Program-made: the position numbers and the translations under genes
Shown here: positions 1 through 15,444 of the stretch, in pieces
Layout: each line of letters begins with the position of its first letter
Numbering within the stretch: position 1 is the stretch's first letter
The notes under the pieces: model-generated
Told to the model about the DNA's origin: nothing
Seen by the model: the letters and a program-made list of their open reading frames with translations, nothing else
The model's database searches: none
Assembly (NCBI GenBank): GCA_012295275.1
Contig: CM022678.1
Location: 12,586,001 to 12,650,000, forward strand
From: Chrysomallon squamiferum
Taxonomy: Eukaryota > Animalia > Mollusca
Length of the DNA stretch: 64,000 nt
Direction of reading: 5' to 3'

Positions 1-898
1 TGAATTTCTGAGGTTGTTTTGTAAATAGAAATCTGCACCTCACACAATAAATGAACAAAAGAATATTTTAAGTAGTTTGTTCCACTGTGATAGTTACCGG
101 TCTGTCTGTGTATATATCTGACTGACTTGTCTATCTATATCTCTTCTATTCTTTTTTCTTTTTCTTTTTTGTTTTCTAAGAAACAGCAGAACATTAACAT
201 CAGAAGAACATACCTGCAAAGATTTAGTCACTAGAAAATAATTAGACTGGAAGTTTAAATTAAAAATCATCATCTTTAATATATCCTTGAAGATATTTAC
301 TCTGAGACTTACTTTATAAATAATAATTTTAATCTCTATGTATCATGCTAGATCTCAGTGTGTCAGAAAAGATTATAATTTTAATCAAGAATTATTTTAT
401 TTTGATCAAGTTCCTGGTAACTGTTGGTAAAAAGAAAAATCATTATATTTTTCATTATATCCCTTTTGTATCAGTATTCGATCACTACAAATTTTGTTAA
501 ATTATATTTGTATTTGAAAGAGAAAGAAAAGATAAAGACAAAATGAGAGATTAATATGAAACAGTTAATTTCAAATAATAATCAATCCACTGAATGGTTA
601 ATAATGAATTAACAACATGACATTTGCTGCAACATTAGCACAGTAATATGTTTACACCACAGACTATAAACACTGGTTTGATTAATTAGTTTTGCTTGCT
701 ACTTATGTGTTGTATTGATACTGTATCAACATATCAAGGACACAGATAATTAATTTAGCTTTTAATTTTAGTATTTTATGTGTAAATAGATTATTATTTC
801 TGTGAACTGATTTTTGGTAGAAGATCAGTGAGTGCATGTGTATATATATGTGTAAAAATGTGTGTGTGTGTGTGTTTGTTACCAGTGTTTGAACAGTG

Positions 899-1023
<125 letters not shown>

Positions 1024-2291
1024 ATGGATATTTTTTTTCCGCTCTTGTTTTTAGTGTAAAAATAGAAATCTCTGTGTAGTGACTTTAACCCAGACAAGTG
1101 TACCTGTTCTCCAAGTAGAATTAACAACACATGATTTACATCACTGCAGTGTTTTGTATGTGTTCATTTCTATTTTCTTTTTTATATTTTAATATCTATG
1201 ATATATGAAGGTACCTTAATATTTATTTATTTATTTATATATTCGTTTATTTATTATTAAGAAAAAGAAAAACAATGAAGAAAGAAAGAAATAATAAAGT
1301 ATCTAATACTCTTATTTGTATTTTTAAATTCAATTTACAAAGTGTTCAGTAATAAAAAAGGACACTTCATTTTTTTCTCTCCATTCTTAAACAGAAACTA
1401 ACATTTCTGCACATTATATTGTAATGACAGTTATATTATACTTGAATATTACTTTCTTAAAGGAAAATTAAAAAACAAACCAAAAACAATATTCATAGAC
1501 ATCAGAAACTGACAGATGGCAAATGTTAGTTGAAAAAACTAAAACAAAACAATTATTGATGTCATTGACTTTTAGGTTCTTGAACTTCCTGCCTGCAGTT
1601 TCAGATTTCTAATTTAGATTATCATCAAGGAAATTATGGTTTTCAATGAATAAATTTTAAATGGAATATGTTGATTTTATTCACTGATATTTCTAGTTTT
1701 CCAGGTAGTAGAGATTTTAGAGAAACTGTATTTTGTTCAATTTACAAAAATATATAAGCTTTTTTGTGTAAAATCTAGTGTGTTTTATTAAATTAATTTC
1801 CAAATTATTATTATTATTATTATTATTACTATATTTTTTTTAGGGGGGGATTGTAAACAGTTTGTTCATGTAAGGCCATAAGAAGGAACTCAGTGTTTTA
1901 CATTTTATTAGTTTTAAATACTTTGTATATATTTATTTCAAACCATATATAAATAAAAATTACTACAACTGTATACATATTTTGGGACATTGAAAGAATA
2001 GAAAATGTTGATACTGTAGTTACTGATGTAAAACTAATATGATTAAAAACCATTTAAATATGATTGCCATTTTTATTCATGACTATTATAATGATACTTA
2101 GTTATTTTAAAATTAATATGTAATTATTTCATTTAGATAAAGAATGACTTCAAATAATGATAATGATGATAATATATTGTTATTATATAATAGTACCATA
2201 ATAAAATGAAAACAAAAGCAATGATTTTTATGGATATGGTCAAAGTATGTTTGTCCTGGACAGATACTAATTAACATTATTTTTGTTTCAG

Positions 2292-5200
2292 AGACATTCA
2301 CTCTACAAGTGGAAAACTTGGACGGGCAGTTCTGCAGTTTACACCTGTCAGGTAATACTATATTTTTATTAATTAATTTCTAATTTTAAAAAAATATATA
2401 TAGGTTGAAAAATCATAGAGGAGAAATTCTGATTGAGCTAAATATTGAAAAACAAACTGAAAAATAGTTTGTTTGGTTATGGTCCACAAATTGAACTCAG
2501 TGACATTATAATCATAAACAGACAAGACTTACAACAAATTCAGAAGGGTTCTTCGAAAGTTTTGTTATTAAATAATAGCAACAGAAGTCTTTTTGCCAAA
2601 TAAATAAATAAATAATGGTTTTACACAGCTGAAATATTAACATATAAAAATCGTTATTTTTATTTATTTATTTATTTTTATGCTGTACACTGTATAGCTC
2701 TAATTATCATATTTATTACAACTTGTTAAATCATTTTTTTAAATTTTTATTTTGAAGCTGCAACTTTGATTATATAATTTGTTTATTGAACAAAATAAAA
2801 CAGAATGTAGTTTATTTTGTTTATTTGTCTTGATATTTTTTCTAGTATTTATTTCTTTTCAATATTTTCTACATAACCTGTTTTATGTAATATTTATTTA
2901 TTCATATTCATTTTTAGTATTTTATGTATAATTTTTTCATTGTTGCCTCTGATCTTATTTATTTTTAGTATTATTACCAGAATTTTTTTTATTCATTATT
3001 TTAGCTATAATAAGGTGTTACTTATTGTTTATAGTATTTATTTATTCTAATATATATATATATATATCTTTTTTATTATTGAAATAAATATAGCATGATC
3101 TACTTTATATTTGTTCTTAATCATAATGTTAATACCTATACTATTTATTAGAAGATTAGACTACATTTATTTCAATAATTAAAAAATATTTATATTTATT
3201 TTTAATTATTGAAATAAATGTAGTCTAAATATTCTTTATTTTTTCTTTTTGTTGATAGCATGTATTCTTATTTCATTTCACTATTTTATTTACAATTTTT
3301 TAGTGAACAAAATAAAATTGAATTTTGTGTGTGAGATCTTATTTATTTTTCTTCTTATTATTACTAGTATTTATTTATTTATTCACATTTATTTTAAATA
3401 ATGTTTTATTTGATAAAACAGCCTGGTCTTAATTATTTTTCTTCTTACTGTTATAAATATTTATTTTCAATTTTTTATATTTAACTTTTTTTATTTAATA
3501 CAATAAAGCAGAACGTAATGTTTGATTTGTATTTATTTATTCATATTTGTTATACACTTTTTTATTCCATAAAATGTCACTAGATTTTTCTTTATTTTTC
3601 TTCTTATTGTTGCTAGTATTTATTTATATTTATTTCCAGTATTTTATATATAACTTTTTTATTCTGTTTATTTTTGTTCATAGTGTTGCTAGTGTTTATT
3701 TATATTAATGTTTGTGGTTCTAGCTGGACTCATGTGCGTTGGCTGGATCCTAACTCTACTTACATGAGAATAATTGCTGTTTGGATACTGATTATTTTCT
3801 GGCAGGTCAGTGTTTCCTTTTGTCTCTTTCTTCATCTGTTTTTTTTGTTGTTTTTATTTGTTTTTCAATAAATATGTCTTTATATATTCCTTAAGAAAAG
3901 TTCAAATATTCCAAAATGTATGAATGCATTGTAACATCAGTTTTTCCTCTTTTGTCTGTGCTTTTTCCTATTAAATATTTCTTTATATATTTCTGTTAAT
4001 TAATGCTTAGGAAAAGTTCAAATACTCTGAAATGTATACAGTTTGTACTTCTAAATGGATGCATTGTAACCAAGTTTTGGATCAAACATTTCTGATATTT
4101 TCAGGAAAGGGACATTTAAAATGTATATTTCAGGGATGTCTGTGTAATTTAATAGTCAAAATATATATCGTTATTTTAGTTTCAGTACCCTATAGTATGA
4201 TGTGCTTATACTACACTGTATCTCACAGTATTGTACATTTCAGTACCCTATAGTATGATGTGCTTATACTACACTGTATCTCACAGTATTGTACATTTCA
4301 GTACCATATAGTATGATGTGCTTATACTACACTTACAGTATATTTCTCACCATATATAACAATAACCCACACACTACCCCCTATGGCACCATATCACCCC
4401 AGACATCATATTCCACCCCATTCTTAATGCATACAAATATACAGTATGATATGACGTGATATCAACAAATAAGTAAATACAGAATATTCTTAGATTTCCT
4501 TTTTGAGATTGGGTCCAAGAATAATATATAGTTTTATCACTGTTCCATTATAAATACATATTACACATCTGTTATTTACTAAATTACCATCTCTGTTCAT
4601 AAATAAATCAGTCCTGCCTGTGTTAAAGATAAAGCCCTTGACTAATTATTAATTCAAAACTTGATGTAATGTCGCAGGATGATTGATACTGCTTCCTAGA
4701 ATCTCTTAATAAATATCTTCACTGAAATTCATCACTTATACATGACATAAATGTCTGCACTGTGATTGTTATTATTAATTATTGATAAGAAAAACTAATT
4801 AAAAACAAGAAGGCAGAAACATTATTAAAAAAATATATATATATCTTTGAATTTTTAAAGAACCAACTATATAAAATATTTTTGTAATGTTTTAAGAATA
4901 ACTCAAATTTTATAAGTAAAAATCTACCACATAAAGTAAAATATGTTATTGTTCTTAATTCTGCTTTGTGCCTTGTTTCCTATTCCAGTCATGCTCCTTC
5001 ATCTGTGTAAAAACATTTGATATACATTTTCTACCATTAGACATCATATTAGTATAACTGATAATAGATATAACCAAATTCTTCTTTGATAAATTATATA
5101 AGTTAAATCATCTGTTTTCTACCTTTTTGCATTATTGTTATAACTGTTGTTGTTTTTATTATTATTATTATTGTTATTATGATAATATTATTGTTACAAT

Positions 5201-5701
5201 TATGGTTTTGTTATTATTTCAGTAAATGTTTAGACAGGTTTATTTCTGGAAGTATCTGTTTTAATGGGTTACTTTATTTAATAAACTCATTTCTTTCTGT
5301 TCTTTTTTTCAGATTTCTGAGCTGAACACATTTTTTCTCAAACACATCTTCTATGTTCCTCCCCCCCACATCATCAACGTCTGGCGTCTTGCTCTTGTCT
5401 GTGCCATCTCTGCACCTTCTATAAGGTTTGTTAGTTTTACTAGTAAAATGTTAACATAATATATAAGATTTAGTTGTCTTTCTGTTTTTGAAAATTGGAG
5501 AAAAACATTAATGATTTAAATAACCATTTTAATGGATAATGTTTTATTTTTATTTTTCTCTCAGTGCTCTATTCTGGCTTGGTAGAAAAAATTATTTACT
5601 TTCCTCTGTCTCTCTCTGTCATCTCTGTTTCATAATTCTTTCTCTTTCCATTTATCTTTCCCCTGCAGAATGAAAATTTGTAGTTTGTTATTTAAATTTA
5701 G

Positions 5702-5757
<56 letters not shown>

Positions 5758-5778
5758 CTTAATTAATCTATCTGTCTG

Positions 5779-5812
<34 letters not shown>

Positions 5813-7309
5813 CCTGCAGACTGATAACATGCAGTTTGTTACTTTCAGACAGTACTATGTGTATGTGACAGACACCAGATGTAAACGGGTGGGTACTCAG
5901 TGCTGGATCTACTGGTAAGTTACTCAACCTTTATTTCCCAATCCAGCCAGTTCAGTTTTTATATTACATTCTGACCATTTATGTTCCCATTTGTTTACTG
6001 AAAAAATATTTTGGAATTATATAAAATATGTAGATTAAGAAGTGGGATTTAAAAAAAAAAGAGTTAGAACTGCATAGCAGCTGGTTACCTTGAAATAATT
6101 TCTCTGATCACACTTCTACCTACCTTTCTCCCTAAAATGATATTTTTAAACAAAAATTTTTAATTCATCACCATACGTGTGAGAACTTTCTGGCTTGTTT
6201 ATCAACATGCATGTGACTGAGGCCAATACATTTAATTATTTATTTGTTTTTATTTGATTTTATTTTGAATTGTTTTGATGAATTGTTATTAATTGTTTTG
6301 CAGTGCCGTGACGCTGACAGAGGGTATTGTGTGTGTCAAGTTTGGAACAGAACTCTTCAGACAGACAGAAATCATCTACGTGGTTCTCTGGCTTCTAATG
6401 ACGGTAACTTTAAATTAACTTCAAATACCTTTCATAATTATTTTATAACTTTAGATAAATAAACTAACAGAAATGTTAAACTGACCAAATTTAATTCTAA
6501 AAAAGAACAACAAGTAATCATGCACATAAATACACTTATAAATGAAGGCCTGAAAAATTTAATTACCATTTTTTTGGTAATTATTAAATAAATAATTTCA
6601 GACAAATAAACCTAAGTTAAAAACTTCAGTGCTTTGTTCTGTGTGTCTGTCTGTGTATCTCACAGTATTTTCCAGAGTATACCTATATTGAAAATGGAAA
6701 ATGTCATTTCAGTTATTTGTGAGTATGTTTGTGTGTGTTTACAGACATCCATTAGAGACCCACAAAATATGAGATTAACTTTTCTTCTTTTCAGATGTTC
6801 AGTAGCTTCATATGCATATTCTTATGTGCCAAGTATGGCAAAAACAAGTGGAAGGTTAGTATTAAAATAAGAATGGGTTAAAAATAAATATTTATCATTT
6901 GGATGTTGGAATTAGTATATGAGTGTTTATTCTCTGTTTGTATGATTGCATGTGGATATCTAGCTGGAAAGGGTTTGGATGGACGTGTAATATGCCATAT
7001 ATAAATAAAGAAATGTATAGACTCTGGTCAAAATGTTTTTTCTTCTTCACGTTATGAATTGTTTGTTTCTGGGAAAAGAAAACCAGGTAGTCAGATCACT
7101 GAAAACTGTTGTTTTTGTTACTGTATACAAACTGTTGTTGATTGTTGTAGACGGTGGATGAACCAGAAAAACTCACAGTGAAGGAGGCAGGAGAGAAAAA
7201 CTCAACTAAGTCCAACCACTCAGACAACATCGTCAGCAACGCGGGTAAAGCCAATGGACACACGCCAAGAACCCGAAACAGAAAACATATACCAAACGGA
7301 ACTGCATGA
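2292..7309 (+). CDS. PTDSS1: Phosphatidylserine synthase 1, 3' part (7 exons; 5' exons outside window)
   Basis: GT-AG exons 2292-2351, 3724-3805, 5313-5425, 5849-5914, 6304-6403, 6795-6854 and 7151-7309 (TGA) splice in frame. They give [29 protein letters not shown]...[13 protein letters not shown]...[23 protein letters not shown]...[20 protein letters not shown], matching the PTDSS1 motifs [17 protein letters not shown] and CKRVGTQCW. Confidence 0.96.
4180..4335. repeat. 58-bp tandem repeat, ~2.7 copies, in a PTDSS1 intron
   Basis: ttcagtacc...gtatgatgtgcttatactacact recurs at 4181, 4239 and 4297. Confidence 0.9.
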
Positions 7310-10300
7310 GTTATGTAAGCTTCATTTGTAGTTTAATGTGGTAGCTGACACTGTCGTCATTGTGGTTTTTTGCATCTGATGTTGTAGATTAGCAACACAA
7401 ACTGGACCTAGGCCAGTCTGAAGAAGCCGAATGGTGATCTTGTGAAGTAAATCTCTACAATTATGTTAACATTTTTGAAGATTTTTGTTTTAAGTTTAAA
7501 AATCAGTAATTAAAAACATAAAATCTGCATGTGGCTGGATTTTAACATGGCTCTTTACAAAGTGAATGACTTGTAAAAATATCTTATGCCTGGTATATAA
7601 ATAAGTCTGAAATGTACCTCCACAGTCAGAGAAAAGAAAAATAGAACAATTCAGCATATATCTCGATCTGAACCATCAAATCTGATTTTCCTCATTGTCA
7701 AGAAGCCCCTGCCAGAATGAAGCATAACTTGCCTTTCTATTTACAAATACATTAGAGAAATAAAATAAAATAATAATAATAATAATAAAAAAAAATAAAA
7801 AAAAATAAAAAAAATAATAATTTAAAAAAAATAAATAAATAATAAATAATAATAAAAAAATAAAAAAAAATAAAAAAAAATAATAAAAAAATAATTTGTA
7901 AGCAGTGACTGAGTTTCTAACCATCAGCATTCTATAATGTTTCCTGGGTCTTACCCTGAATTCATCTGTTACCAGTGTAGAGAGCTGGATTTGAACCTGC
8001 AGCTTTGTGTTCAGTGTTTAGTCTTCCAAGCATTCTTCTGATCAATTAGTAAACAGAAAAAAAAAAAAAACATTTTCTCTTTTGTTTGTTTTTATAAGTG
8101 TCACAGAAAATACAGTGGCAAAGAAATTTTAAAATTCAGAAAAGAGAAAAAAAATATTTTAACAGTAGGGACAAGTATACATTTAAAAAATAATTATTTA
8201 TGTATTATTTATTTAGAAAAACCTTGTTAAATTGTTAAAACATAATTTGAATATAGATAGATTGTGATATTATATCATTTCAGTGGTTGTAACTTAACAG
8301 ATATAACAAAGTTTCCGTATTACGAGAAAACTTTGATTGTCAGGTTGAATAGGGAGGGGAGGTATGTGCCATAATATTAAAAAATAAGTTTTATATAGTC
8401 TTGAAAGAAAATTGGCAACTGGTTGGTGTTAAAAATGATGACCCAACAAACAGAGGGTAAATTTGTATATATATTAAAAACCTGTAAATAATATATATAA
8501 AATATCCCAGAAAAAAAGAATTGTCTCCTATATAAACTGTTCATAAATAGATTCAACAGAATAGGGGAAAAAAATATCTTGTCAGAATTTATTGATAGTC
8601 TTAAATACCTTGCTTGATGTAATACAAGTTAATTATAATAGAAAACATATTTGTATGAATGAATGCTGATTAAATAATTTTATAAAGTTTTATCTGTAAT
8701 CATTTTTAGCAACAGTATTTTCTTCTTCGTTCTTTTTTGTAAATACTGCAACATTTAGAATAATAATATTAATAATAGATTAATTTTATGATGCAGAGCA
8801 ATATTGAAAATACTTTATTAAATCAGATAACATAAAATACATTTATGAAAAATTTATTAGATAATAAATATTTGTTTACAGTTTGAATAGACAACATCAT
8901 TATTGATTATCAGTTATTTTTGTTTTCCATATAAAAAAAAAAGGAACAAAATATAATAAATAAAAAAGTAAAAAAAAAAAAATAATAATAATAATAAAAA
9001 ACACAAAAACAGTGTTTGTTTTTAAATTTTACTTTAATCACATTACATTTATACCAGTATGTGAGTGATGACTAATTTTTAAATTTTATTTCTTATTTAT
9101 TCTTAGTCTCAAGGTTTTAATACTGACAAAAGAAGGTTTTAAAATCAATTTTAAATATATTTTTTACTTGTTGTTAATAAATATAATCTCCAGAATATGA
9201 TGAGCTGCAAGAAAAAAAAAATAGTTTCTCCAGTTTAACACTGGCAGATCTGAATGTTTCTGGTATAAATGTTTATTGATTTATTTTGATAAGAATTAGA
9301 TGTGACACTTGGTATTTACTGTGACAGAATGAACATGAATATTGATTTTAACTCTTAATATCAACATTCTTTAGGAGGATTAAAAACTCTTAATGCAAAC
9401 ATCTTTGTTTTCACCCATATATTAATTTATTTATTACAGCATTTTAGAACTGTTAGTAAAGCATTAATTACAACAACAAAATTTTACATCCATCTTTTGT
9501 CCTCTTTTAATTAATAATTCCATCTATATATTAAGTTTTTAATTCAAATATCAAGAAGTTAATTCTATTTTGCTCTTCAAAAATTAAAATAAATATATAT
9601 ATTCATGTCACTGGATATCATTTCTATTAGATCTAACCTTATTTTATACATTTATCGCTTCAAAAAGTTTTAATTTAAATGTATGTATTGTAGATCTTGG
9701 TTTTTAAAACATTTGCATTTGATGTACATAACAACCAAAATGTAGATCCACAATATCATATGAAATTTCTACTATTAGATCTTAATTTCTTAAAACACGT
9801 GAATTTCTACATCTTGGTTTGAGAGTTGTCAGATATAATGATCATAATATTCCAGTTTTCACTGACATTTTTTTATTTTTGATGGCTGGATCACAGTGTT
9901 CTGAGTTCATCGTGATCTTCTGATTCTGACTTCGGATTAGGATTAGGATTAAGTAGAGACAGATTATTTTGAATTACTGGTAAAAATGGAGCATTAAAAA
10001 TAGTTAAAATAAGAAAACAGAATTTGAAATTAAATATTATAAACATAATTATTAAAAAGTCATTTGAAAACTGAAATTAGAATTGGTCTGCTTTTATTTG
10101 TAATATGTAGAATAATATTTTGAATATTAAAATATTTGTCAAATCGAACGTTATAGCTGCTAGGCTTATGCAATAACAAATACTAGCAGTAACAAATAAA
10201 TTAATAAAAATATTAATAATGTTTAAAAAGATAAGTAGGAAAAAGAAAGTAAGAAAAAGGAAAAAAAAAGGTAATACTTGTTAGTCAAAAAAAAAAAAAA

Positions 10301-11590
10301 AAGTATTATAAGTATAAACCTAAACAAAAAACAAAAAACGTAAAAAAAATATAAAAGAAGTCTGATTCAGTATTGCAAAAAATTTGGCTGTATAAAAATA
10401 TAGGGCCTGAGCAGCTCCAATGCATGGTTATTTCAAATGGAAATGACAAGACGAATTCCAGTCTTAATACTTGGTTAGCATTACTCTAGTGAAAATATCT
10501 TTGTCAGTATTATTTTGTAAATGATGTATTACAGGGAATGTATGTAAATTTATCATGCAATTAGTTATGTAAATTATTTAGCTTTGTACCTAAATCTGTG
10601 TTCATATGGAAACTAAAATATGTTAAACTACTAGCAAATCATGTTTGTTTTACCTAATAAATTTGGCCGATATAAACTTGTAAAAAAGATATAGAAGTTA
10701 ATTAACTAACGTGATGAAAGAAACTTGTAAATTATGATGTCAGTTATTTAAACTACATATTATTCAGTTGTGTGAATAAATACATAGTACAATATATAAT
10801 ATTCAGTATCACTTAGCATATTTAATTATTCAGATCTGCTTATAAAAATATTAATTTTAGTATTTTAGTCTGGGGGTTTTTCTCGTTTTTTTTTCTGCCA
10901 TTTTATTTTTTTGCTTATAAGTTCATTAGTTATTGTTTAATTTTAGTTATTTTTATTATTTATATATTTGTAATTGATATTATTTTCAAAATAGATAAAT
11001 AGTAATTTATAATGTAAATTATATGGCTGTCAGAGGTTTTAGAATTGTTTGTAATCTCCATGTATGAATGAATGTTTGGTTTACTTTAAGAAGAAATAAA
11101 GCAAGAAAAAAAGATAAGTGTAAATAAAATTCTTTGTGATCTTCTCCATATGTGTTTGTGTGTGTGAAAAAATATTTAGAGTGTATAAAGTAATATGATT
11201 ATTTAAAAATAGAACAATCAGTAGTTTTCAGTGTAGTGTGTATATTGAGATTTTCACATTTTGAATATTTCTGTATGTATGTTATCTTTGTTTTGTGTTT
11301 TATCTTATAAATATTATCAGTATGTTTTCATGTTTTAAATATTTTAACTGGATGGTTCGTCACATTTTGATGTGTAATTTTCAGATTATTAATATTTCAG
11401 TTTAAATATACCTTTTTATTATTTTTAATGTGTTTTTTTTTTTTTCATATTAGAATATTGTCATTTTCATTTAATATTTAATATTAAAGTCTGAATATTT
11501 TCATATTGTGCTTTCACTGAACACTTTTAATATCATTAATTTGTGAGAGATTAAGCAAAAACATCTGTAACTATGTCTCTTAGTATAGTG

Positions 11591-11624
<34 letters not shown>

Positions 11625-14600
11625 ATCATGTCTCTGTGGTTTGAAATTACAAAGTGTACATTTGTTTTCATTTCTCTGTGCTTCCATGTGTTTGGATGTG
11701 TTATTTCAATACAGGTAGATTACATTAGGTTATATTTAAACTGGTGTTTTGTTTCAACACAGAGATAGATAATTATAGTTATATTTAAACTGGTGTGTTA
11801 TTCAGAGATATTAAATGTGAGCCAGTCAGATATTGATGTGTGTTATTTAACATGAAAATGTATTGTTTTGACTTTCTATAATGTATTATTTCAGAAACTG
11901 ATGGAAATGTATTGTTTTCTAAAATTTGTTCCCCACATATTTGAACATTATTTCAAATATTTATGTAATCAACTTGTGAATACTTAGTAGTTTTTAATTC
12001 ATATATACCTTTTTTCATTTTTTTATTAAATTTATGAATTTATTTTATTATTTTATATTTGTGTTTGAAACTGTTTTTTGAAGTTGATGTTTTGTAGCTG
12101 AAACTACTGCCCTGGCTGGCACTATGATCATCTTATTCATTTACTTTAAAAAAGTCTGCATTATTTTCTTTCTTTCTTTTCATTAATATATACATGAAGA
12201 TGAACAAAAACAAAATAAAAATTCCAGTATGGTTCAGGGTTTTATAAAGTGGGTGAAATGTTATTTGAACTTGGAAATAAACATATTGTCGACATATTTT
12301 AAACAAATGTACTGATCTACATTATTTTCTTTCTTTTTATTAATATATAAGAAAACAAAATTAAAAATTTATTTTGTTCAAGATGGTTCAAGGTTTTCAA
12401 AAAAATAAAGAAAATAATGTTACTCTGCATGCTAAAAACAATGAAAAGACATCTAATTTTAATTTATACACAAATAACTTTTAATTTATTTTTCTTGTGT
12501 GTTTTTTTCAATTTTTACTTTATTATTATTTTTTGTTTTTTTACATTTATTATTTTCTAATAATTATATATTTTACTCTACTGTATCACAGTGTGGTATT
12601 TTTTGTTTTCTTGTTTAATATGAAAAGTTCACCTCCTTGTACAGATCACCACAGATGATATCAGTGTCGTCGTGACGCCTCTGTCTTTGTCTACACTAAC
12701 CAACTAACAAGTTGTATATCTAGTCAGTCGTTATATATCAGGTGTATGCAATATGTCTGTCTTTGATAACACTCTCCTTCTTAGTACAAGAAGCTTTGTA
12801 AAATATGCACACACGATTTTCACATACTTTTCTGTAGATTGTTTTCTTTATTAAGTGGTAAAGGCTTGCCAGAACTGCATTGACAAATTTAAATGTTTCT
12901 CTAGAGAACAAATCTATTTTGTGTACATTTTTTTTTTTTCTTGATGAAATCCAATAGTAAAAGCAAATGGACTAAAATATTTTATATAATTTTTTTTTTT
13001 TTATTTTTTTTTTTTTGGTCGTTAAGAAATGGAATCATTTTCATCCTTTTAGTACATTTTGTTAGCCATATATGAATAGGAAATGTGACTATGGCTTGTT
13101 TAAAATGTATTTTATATGTATTCAAGCTTCAGTTTTTTTTATCCACTCAGCCATTCATGATAAAAGTGTTTAGGGATGTGAGAAAGTGTTTTAAATCTTC
13201 TATTTATTATCAATCATACTAGAGCTCTTAGTACTTAAAACATCTTAGACAATCTTGCACATTGCAGATAGTTTTCTTCTTTAAATGTTTTGAAAAAGTT
13301 GAGCTTTTTCTGCATGTTTGAATAAACTTTTAAAAATATTTATTGGACATTTTGTAGCAACTTTCATTTTGCACCTTTTGGTTGTTTTATATAAATTTAA
13401 CCAGAAATCTCAATCAAAAAGATCTATTTTGGCCTTGAATTTCATTTTTTTTCAAACTGCATGAGAGCAAAAAGAACATGAAAAAAAATGAAGTAAAAGA
13501 AGAAAAACTGATTTTTTTAAAAAATATATAAACTTAGATAGTGCAAATGCTTATGGATTTGTAATTGAAAATAATTTTTGTGATATTATCAAGTAGGACA
13601 AAGTTCTCATTTCATTAGTTAACAAATAACCTGGTGAATCTAAATTCCAAAATATTCCTTTTAGCATTATTATTATTATTTTTATTTTTTTTTTTTTTAT
13701 TTTTTTTTTGTTCTAAAACATATGTTTTAGAAACCAAAGAATTTGTTTTTGTTTTTAAAATGTTTTGTCAGCTTCAGACAACACTTGCTACACAGAATGT
13801 GTTCTTCAGTTAGGATTCTTGTCAAAGCAAATTGTCATTTTAAAGAAATTGCTATTTCTCACTTACTCTCTCTTAAGAGAAATTATTATGGATGTATATA
13901 TGCTGTAACTTATTTGTTACAAATAAAAATCACATATAGACAAAATTCTGTGTTATTATTTTTTTTTTAATTACCTCATTTAATCATAATCTTGCACTTT
14001 AAATCAAATATTAATTTAGGGTTATGGTACTGAGTGATTGAAGTACTTATACTTCATAAACTTTTTTTTGGTTCCACTCCCATTTTAATAGATTATATAA
14101 AAACAGACAAGTCTAGATAGGTATTCATGATAAAAGATTTTAATGGCAGCCATTTTAAAAACTTAAACATTATGATACTTTTGGTTATTTTAGAGAGAAA
14201 AAAAAAAAGAATGATAGATCTGTGCAGTTTCTGAGCCTTTCTCTGTTTATTTCTAATCAATACAAATTTTTAATTTTATGACCATCCTACCATACAAAAC
14301 TGTAATAAATTAAATTCACCATCAAACAACAGGACTAAAATTATTTCTGTGTGTAAATTGGAAATTATTTATTGTTCTAATCCTTTCCTTTAAGAGCAGT
14401 CTAGTCATTTAGTGACTGCACAGTGAGAGCATCAAGAACAATGAAGAATTTGACTGTCTAAAACAGGCCAGGGAAAGGAAATTATCCCCTGACTTCACTG
14501 TGTAATTTCACTATATTACTTCAACGTAAACAAAATAATGCCAAACTGCTTTGAAAATTGTTGGATTTGGTGTGTATATATTTATGTACATGTGTGTTTG

Positions 14601-14998
14601 TGTGTGTGTGTGTGTGTACACTAACACATATATATTATATTATATACATATACATATACATACATATATATGATAATGGATCCAATAATTTTTTTTTATT
14701 AATTTAATATTTGTGTTGGTATATTATATTTTTTTTTAATTTAAAATTTGTGTTGGTATATTATATACATACATACATTCATATAACAACACAAAATTTA
14801 AAAACTCAAAAAAGAACCACATATATTCTATTTTTAATGGATCCATTATCAGTTTTATGTTATTCAAATTAACAGCCTGTCATGGTGATTTTATACATGT
14901 ACTGCATGTTCCTGTCAGCAAAGAAAGAAGAAATATTTATACATGTACTAGTAAATAAATAATTAAAATAAACAAACAACAAACACAAAATTCAGGTA

Positions 14999-15377
14999 TC
15001 ACACAACCTTTTTATTCCTGACTACTGTTTTGCTGATACATGATCCAAGATGTTTTATTTCTTCATTGTCACTGAATTCATCACAATCTTTAATTATTTC
15101 TGAGGTTTTCATTTGCCATTCAGCATCAGATTCCTCATCTGACTGAGAACTTTCTCTGTTGTGTTGATGGAAAACATGAACAGCTGGTTCATCTTTCTGT
15201 GTAGAAACATTCTTTTCAGTTCCATCAGCTGAGAGAGGAATTATCTTTACATTTGGTTTAGCTGCACCATCTGACTGGCTGAGGTCAGGTCCAACATGGG
15301 TGTAAGTGTTCAGCCCAGCTTCATCATCAGGTCTAAGCAAGAAACAGTCTTCAAGCTTTTCTTTTATACCTGTGATG

Positions 15378-15444
<67 letters not shown>

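Noticed and set aside
2292-7309. Functional link between PTDSS1 (phosphatidylserine, cell death) and the receptor cluster
   Set aside because: Adjacency in an animal genome is not evidence of co-function.
7960-8030. tRNA gene (GGATTTGAACC, reverse B box)
   Set aside because: No cloverleaf can be formed; at most a SINE head remnant.
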